Positions 58,650 through 64,000 of a DNA stretch of 64,000 bases are shown here, in pieces. The notes under the pieces are model-generated. The model saw only the letters and a program-made list of their open reading frames with translations. It was not told the DNA's origin and made no database searches. The position numbers and the translations under genes were made by a program. Origin of the DNA: Thermoanaerobaculia bacterium (GTDB lineage: Bacteria > Acidobacteriota > Thermoanaerobaculia > Multivoradales > Multivoraceae); contig DATKBT010000030.1 in assembly GCA_035546295.1 (NCBI GenBank), positions 17,134-81,133 of the forward strand, given 5' to 3'. The first letter of the stretch is position 1; each line of letters begins with the position of its first letter.

Positions 58650-60449
58650 ATGCTCGCAAGACGTCCACATCAGGAGATCCGCCCGCCGCGGCCGGCCGGA
58701 GCGCGATTCGCCACGCTCGGCCTCGCCCTCCTGGTGGCGAGCGGCGGCTGCGGACCGCGAGAGCCGGCTTCCCGACAGCCCGGCGGCTGGGCGCTCGCCG
58801 GCGAGGCGCAGGCGAGCTCGTCGGCCGGAGGGATGGTGGTGAGCGGCCATCCGCTGGCCTCGGAGGTCGGCGCGCGCGTGATCGAACGAGGGGGCAACGC
58901 GATCGATGCGGCGGTGGCCGTGGGCTTCGCGCTCGCCTCGGTGCTGCCGGAGGCCGGGAATCTCGGTGGTGGCGGCTTCCTGGTCTACCGCTCGGCGTCG
59001 GCCGAAGACGTGCGCGCGCTCGACTTCCGCGAGAAGGCGCCGGGTGCCGCGCACCGTGACATGTACCTCGACGGCAACGGCGAGCCGACCGAGCAGAGCG
59101 TCATCGGCCACCTGGCCGTCGGCGTCCCCGGAGCGGTGGCGGGTCTCGCCGAGATGCACCGCGAGCTGGGGTCCCTCCCCTGGGCCGAGCTGGTCGCCCC
59201 GGCAGTGGATCTCGCCGATGGGCACGTCATCGACGAGGTTCGCTTCGAGCACCTGGAGGCCGGCGCCGAGCGCCTGGCCCGTTTTCCGGCCAGCGCCGCG
59301 CAGTTCCTGCCCGGCGGCTCGCCGCCGCCCGCCGGATCGCGCTTCGAGCAACCGGAGCTCGCGGCGACCCTGCGCACGATCGCCGAGCAGGGCGAGGACG
59401 CCTTCTACCGGGGCCAGATCGCGCGGCTGCTGGTCGCCGAGATGGAGAGCGGCGGGGGCATCGTCAGCCTCGAGGACCTCGACGCTTATCGGGCGGTCTG
59501 GCGCGAGCCGATCGTCGTCGACTACCGCGGCTCGACGATCCTCTCGATGCCTCCCCCCTCCTCCGGCGGCGTCACCCTCGCCCTGATTCTCGAGATGATC
59601 GAGGGCTGGAGCGAGCTGGCTCCGTTCGGATCGGCCGAGCTCATCCATCTCGAGGCCGAGGTGATGCGGCGCGCCTTCATCGAGCGCAACCTCTCGCTCG
59701 GCGACCCGGATTTCGTCGACCTGCCGCTCGAGCGCTTCCTCTCCTCCGAGCACGCCGCCGCGCTCCGTGCAGAGATCGATCCCGCGCGGGCCACGCCGAC
59801 GCCACCCTTCTCCCAGATCGTGGCCGAGGGCGAGAACACCACGCACTACTCGATCGTCGACGCCGAGGGCAACGCCGCCGCGATCACCACGACGCTCAAC
59901 AGCGCCTACGGCAGCGCCGTGACCGTCACCGGCGCGGGATTCCTGCTCAACAACGAGATGGACGATTTCGCCGCGGCGCCCGGCAAGCCCAACCAGTTCG
60001 GCCTGGTCGAGGGAGAGAGCAACGCGATCGCGCCCGGCAAGCGGATGCTGTCCTCGATGACTCCGACCGTGGTCGTCGACGCCGGGGGCGCTCTGCGCCT
60101 GGTCGTCGGCAGCCCCGGCGGGCCGACCATCATCACCTCGGTCTACCACACGATCTCCAACCTGCTGGACCACGGCATGTCGCTCACCGAGGCCGTCGAG
60201 AGCCCGAGGGTGCATCACCAGGCGTGGCCCGACGCGCTGTTCTGGGAGCCCGGCGGCCTCGCTCCGGGGACCGTCGAGCGGCTCGAGGCGATGGGACACG
60301 AGCTCCGCGAGCGCGCGGCGACCAGCGGAGACGTGGCCGCCATCGCCCCCGCCGACGGCGCCTGGTCGGGGGTCGCCGATCCGCGCCGCGGCGGCGCGGC
60401 GGTGGGCGCGGCCCGGGCAGACGTCCTCCAGGGCTCGGGTTCCAGGTGA
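58650..60449 (+). CDS. ggt: Gamma-glutamyltransferase, lipoprotein-like signal
   Basis: GGNAIDAAVA, DFREKAP, PPSSGG, TTHYSIVD..TTTLN..GS, LNNEMDDF, PGKRMLSSMTPT, GSPGG, DPRR. Confidence 0.96.
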   Translation: MLARRPHQEIRPPRPAGARFATLGLALLVASGGCGPREPASRQPGGWALAGEAQASSSAGGMVVSGHPLASEVGARVIERGGNAIDAAVAVGFALASVLPEAGNLGGGGFLVYRSASAEDVRALDFREKAPGAAHRDMYLDGNGEPTEQSVIGHLAVGVPGAVAGLAEMHRELGSLPWAELVAPAVDLADGHVIDEVRFEHLEAGAERLARFPASAAQFLPGGSPPPAGSRFEQPELAATLRTIAEQGEDAFYRGQIARLLVAEMESGGGIVSLEDLDAYRAVWREPIVVDYRGSTILSMPPPSSGGVTLALILEMIEGWSELAPFGSAELIHLEAEVMRRAFIERNLSLGDPDFVDLPLERFLSSEHAAALRAEIDPARATPTPPFSQIVAEGENTTHYSIVDAEGNAAAITTTLNSAYGSAVTVTGAGFLLNNEMDDFAAAPGKPNQFGLVEGESNAIAPGKRMLSSMTPTVVVDAGGALRLVVGSPGGPTIITSVYHTISNLLDHGMSLTEAVESPRVHHQAWPDALFWEPGGLAPGTVERLEAMGHELRERAATSGDVAAIAPADGAWSGVADPRRGGAAVGAARADVLQGSGSR

Positions 60450-60546
60450 CGGGCGCGGGGGTGGACCTCTCCGCCCTGCGGGAGCGGACATCGGGCCGTC
60501 TCCCCTGATATCCTCGCCGATCGAGCCTCCCCACCCGCACCGCCTC

Positions 60547-61683
60547 GTGGTTCCGTATGGCTCCGTGAAGATCCACATCCTCTCTGACGACGAGCTGTCC
60601 CGCCTGCTCGATCGCCACCGCAAGCTCGGCCCTTCGCACGAGCGGGCCCCGGTGGACGGGCTGGTCGAGGAGATCCTGCGCGTCGCCAATCAGTTCGTGC
60701 CGTCCAAGAGCGGGTCGGTGCTGATCGACGACCCGCACCTGAAGGTGGCGAACCGGTGGAAGCCCGAGGCCAACGAGCTGGTGGTGGTCGCTCGTTTCGG
60801 CGAGGGCGACGGTCTCGCCGTGGGGGCACGCCGCGAAGTCGCCGATGACCTGGTCGGTCATGTGTACCTGAGCGGTGAGCCTCGGTGCGTCTCGGCCGAG
60901 GGCGGCGAGGGCCGCTCCGAGATCTGCGTTCCGATCCTCCTCGGGGACTCCACCTGCGGCGTCCTGGAGCTGGTCGAGCGGGAGGGCAGCGGGTCCTACA
61001 CCGCGACCGAGCTGGAGCTGGTGCAGATCTTCGCCGGCTACATCTCGACCTCGTTGCAGAACCTCCTCGACGCCACGCGCTACCGCGAGCTCGCCAAGCG
61101 CGACGACCTCACCGGCCTGTTCAACGACCGCTACTTCAACGAAAGGCTCTCCGAGGAGGTCGAGCGCGTCGATGCCACCGGCGAGGACCTGTGCCTGATC
61201 TTCCTCGACCTCGACCACTTCAAGACGGTCAACGACCGTCACGGGCACCTGGTCGGCAGCCAGACCCTGCGCGAGGTCGGCATCCTGCTCGGGCGCGTCG
61301 CGACCGAGGCGGGGGCGACCGCGGCCCGCTACGGCGGCGACGAGTTCGTGGTGATCCTGGAGGCCGCCGATCTCGCCGCCGGCGTCCGTCTCGCGAACCA
61401 GATCCGCGACGCGATCTCGAGCGCCGAGTTCGAGATCGAGACTGCGCAGGGACGTCAGATCTGCCTGGCCGCGGGCAGCGTGACCGCGAGCCTCGGGGTG
61501 ACCTCCTATCGGGATCTCCGCTTCGAGCCGGAGCTCGAGATCCACGATCGCAAGAAGGAGTTCATCCGCTCGGCCGACCAGGCGATGTACCACGCCAAGG
61601 CGCGCGGCAAGAACCAGGTGCGGGCCGGGATCTACGATCCGTACCCGGCGCGCGAGAGGGTCCGTTCCGAGAGCGGACCATAG
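60547..61683 (+). CDS. GAF-sensor diguanylate cyclase
   Basis: GAF (ICVPILL..GVLEL); DDLTGLFN, DLDHFKTVNDRHGHLVG, RYGGDEF, ADQAMYHAK. Confidence 0.93.
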   Translation: MVPYGSVKIHILSDDELSRLLDRHRKLGPSHERAPVDGLVEEILRVANQFVPSKSGSVLIDDPHLKVANRWKPEANELVVVARFGEGDGLAVGARREVADDLVGHVYLSGEPRCVSAEGGEGRSEICVPILLGDSTCGVLELVEREGSGSYTATELELVQIFAGYISTSLQNLLDATRYRELAKRDDLTGLFNDRYFNERLSEEVERVDATGEDLCLIFLDLDHFKTVNDRHGHLVGSQTLREVGILLGRVATEAGATAARYGGDEFVVILEAADLAAGVRLANQIRDAISSAEFEIETAQGRQICLAAGSVTASLGVTSYRDLRFEPELEIHDRKKEFIRSADQAMYHAKARGKNQVRAGIYDPYPARERVRSESGP

Positions 61684-61709
61684 CGGGAGTCCAGCCGCTG
61701 CGCCGGCGG

Positions 61710-61921
61710 CTAGGTCGACTAGGCCAGCGGGAAGCTCACAGAATGGTCAAAGTTCGATCAAGCCGCTGCGCTCGCCCAGAGAAACGGCTGTGGCCTGGTC
61801 GACCCAGCCGCGCCCGCTTGCGGGCTTGCGGCGCACGAGTGATCGGCTAGCGTGCTCGTGGTATGACCGCGCCGCGACCTCGCTGCTCGTTGGGGAGTGG
61901 TGAACACCACGAGCCCGCTGG
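61710..61921. mobile_element. CTAG-bounded module B-B2-C, second copy of the unit at 48170-48438
   Basis: Near-identical to 48170-48194 plus 48254-48438; CTAG at 61710, 61719 and 61847; right end degenerate (CTGG). Confidence 0.8.
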
Positions 61922-61929
61922 CCCTGGCC

Positions 61930-64000
61930 TCACTCGTCGCCGGCCTCGTCCAGCAATCGCTCCGCCAACCGCGGCACCTGGGTGAGCATGCGGTCGAGAG
62001 TCGCGGCCAGGCGCTCGCTCGGCTCGCCGAAGCGGCGCGCCAGGAAGCGGAACTCGTCGCTGTCGACCGGCGGCACCGTGAGGTCCTTGGCGTGGCCGCG
62101 CACCATGCGCAGGGCGTCGATCAGGCGACGGTAGAAGCGGTAGGAGCCGGCGAGAGTGTCGTAGTCGCGCGCATCGAGGATGCCGGCGGCATGCAGCTCT
62201 CCGATCGCGGCCAGGACGTTGGGGCTGCGCAGCGCCGGCCGCTCTCCTCCGTGGCGGATCTGGAGGAGCTGGACCACGTACTCGAGGTCGACCAGGCAGC
62301 CGGGCGAGAACTTCGCGTTGAGGGTCCCCGGGGTGACCAGGTGCCGGACCTGGCGCTCGCGCATCGCGCGCGAGGCGGCGACGTCGCCGCTCCAGCTCTC
62401 GTACACCAATCGATCGCGCAGGGCGACCGTACGAGCGCCGAGCGCGAGATCGCCGGCGAAGGGCCTCAGCTTGACCAGCCCCTGGCGCTCGTAGGGCCAG
62501 GCGTCTCCCTCGGGCGCGAAGTAGCTCTCGAAGGCGGCCAGGGACACCGCCAGCGGTCCACCATCGCCGTAGGGGCGCAACCGCAGGTCGAGCTCGAAGA
62601 TCCCCTCTTTGCGAGTGGCGATCGTCGAGCGCAGCCTCTCGACGAGGCGGGAGAAGAACTCGCTCGCGAACAGCCCGTCCTCTCGGCAGCGCCCGTCGCC
62701 GCCGTAGATCAGCAACAGCTCCAGATCGGAGGCGAAGCCGAGCTCCCAGCCGCCGAACTTGCCCAGCGCGCACAGGGCGTGCGGGACCACCCGCCCTTCC
62801 TCGTCGAGCGGCTGGCCGTGGCGTTCGACGAGGTCGGAGTCGGCGAGCTCGAGGGCGCGTCCGGCGAGCACCTCGGCGAGCTCGGTCAGCTCGCGCGAGA
62901 ACTGGTCGAAGCTCGAGCCGTGCCGCAGGATGTGGCGCATGTCGATGCGGAACATCTCGCGGTCCTTGATCCGGTTCAGGATGGCAGCGCGATCGGCGGC
63001 GGCGTGCGCGTCGAGCTCGGCGTCGAACAGGGCTACGAGCTCGCGCCGCGGACGCGCCTCCTGCAGCTCTTCGATCGCGGTCATCACCGGGAACAGCGTC
63101 TCGTGCTGCATGCGCAGGAAGTCGTGCCAGAGGAAGTCGGAGACGCCGAGGAGCTGGGCGAGGCCGGAGAGGACGGCGGGCTGCTCGAGCGAGGAGATGT
63201 CGCGCTCCCAGTCGGGGCGCGCGAAGAGGTCGCCCAGGAACTGGCGGAAGTGGAGCAGCGCCCGCTCCGGGTCGGCGGAGGAGGGGAGCAGGTGCGTGAA
63301 GTGCTTGGTTAGCACGGTGGCGACGCGGAGCTTGCGCACCTGGGCTTCGGCCAGGATCTTGCCGCCGCGAGCATCGGTGACCCACAGCGTGTCGCGCGCG
63401 CGCTGGCCGCTGGTGCGCACCTCCATCAGCTCGACGTTGACCTCGGAGAGCGCGAGGGCATTGGTCAGCTCGTAGAGGAAGCCCACCGTGTCGGGCGCCT
63501 CGATCTCGAGCACGGTGTGCGCCGCCGAGCGCTCGTTGTCGACTCGGATGTCGATCGGCAGCAGCGCGTGGGGCTCGATGCGGGTCGCTCCGCCGCCCGG
63601 TGACAGACCGAGCGAGATGCGCTTGGCCAGCTCGGTCTGGACCTCGCGGTGGCCCCCCTGGTGCAGGCGGCCGATCAGCGCCACCAGCTCCTGCTCGAAG
63701 CGGTCGAGGTCCTGCGCCGACGGTTGCTCGGCGGTCGAGCGGACGTGGAAGACGTCGACGATCCGCCGCCGCACCGGCGCCGGCTCCCGGCTTTCGGCGT
63801 CGCCCAGCGAGGTGAACACCTGGCCGTCGAGGATGGTGAAGCCATAGACGTAGAGGAGCCCACACAGGATCGACAGCGAGCCCAGCGCATCGTGCCCCAC
63901 CAACTCGACCCGGTACGTCGAATCACCGGACCGCCGCACCTCGACCACCGTGTGCCGTTGCTCGTCGAGCAGTGCGGCCATCCGCTCGTGCCGCGCGACG
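61930..64000 (-). CDS. GlnE-like glutamine synthetase adenylyltransferase preceded by two GlnD-type ACT domains; 5' end off the window
   Basis: ACT-like TVLEIEAPDTVGFLYELTNAL..RTSGQRARDTLWVTD; GlnE-like ALGKFGGWELGFASDLEL, LDLRLRPYG, ERQGLVKLRP, GCLVDLEYVVQLLQ; frame is open to the window end. Confidence 0.85.
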   Translation of the reverse strand, partial: VARHERMAALLDEQRHTVVEVRRSGDSTYRVELVGHDALGSLSILCGLLYVYGFTILDGQVFTSLGDAESREPAPVRRRIVDVFHVRSTAEQPSAQDLDRFEQELVALIGRLHQGGHREVQTELAKRISLGLSPGGGATRIEPHALLPIDIRVDNERSAAHTVLEIEAPDTVGFLYELTNALALSEVNVELMEVRTSGQRARDTLWVTDARGGKILAEAQVRKLRVATVLTKHFTHLLPSSADPERALLHFRQFLGDLFARPDWERDISSLEQPAVLSGLAQLLGVSDFLWHDFLRMQHETLFPVMTAIEELQEARPRRELVALFDAELDAHAAADRAAILNRIKDREMFRIDMRHILRHGSSFDQFSRELTELAEVLAGRALELADSDLVERHGQPLDEEGRVVPHALCALGKFGGWELGFASDLELLLIYGGDGRCREDGLFASEFFSRLVERLRSTIATRKEGIFELDLRLRPYGDGGPLAVSLAAFESYFAPEGDAWPYERQGLVKLRPFAGDLALGARTVALRDRLVYESWSGDVAASRAMRERQVRHLVTPGTLNAKFSPGCLVDLEYVVQLLQIRHGGERPALRSPNVLAAIGELHAAGILDARDYDTLAGSYRFYRRLIDALRMVRGHAKDLTVPPVDSDEFRFLARRFGEPSERLAATLDRMLTQVPRLAERLLDEAGDE

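Overview
A very GC-rich (about 70% by eye), gene-dense bacterial chromosome segment with about 50 CDS, mostly housekeeping. It holds an outer-membrane efflux gene with a PsrA-like TetR, a rhomboid, argC-J-B-D-H, a moaD/moaE fusion, a carboxyltransferase, ygfZ, iscA, tdk, a phosphomannomutase, rlmH, dksA, lapB-like, holA-like, mutM, udk, a giant GlmS-like protein, sigma54-driven glnA with a NifA-like activator, an ECF sigma cluster, glyQS, HMG-CoA synthase, sspB, ybdK/ggt, a GGDEF protein and a GlnE-like protein cut by the window edge. Gene content and style suggest an Acidobacteriota (Thermoanaerobaculia-like) genome; this is inference only. I recognised no rRNA, tRNA, CRISPR array or transposase. 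The strongest unexplained signal is a family of CTAG-bounded palindromic modules at four intergenic loci (12.7, 29.1, 48.1 and 61.7 kb), which includes what looks like an empty-site/filled-site pair with a 4-bp CTAG duplication. Also notable: a glnA control region with a perfect sigma54 promoter and repeated GACA-N4-YGTC palindromes, an ACT-ACT-GlnE protein, a 1191-aa GlmS variant, a histone-H1-like DksA, a long hairpin ncRNA candidate, and repeated promoter signatures of leaderless mRNAs. All calls come from reading motifs by eye; no searches were run.
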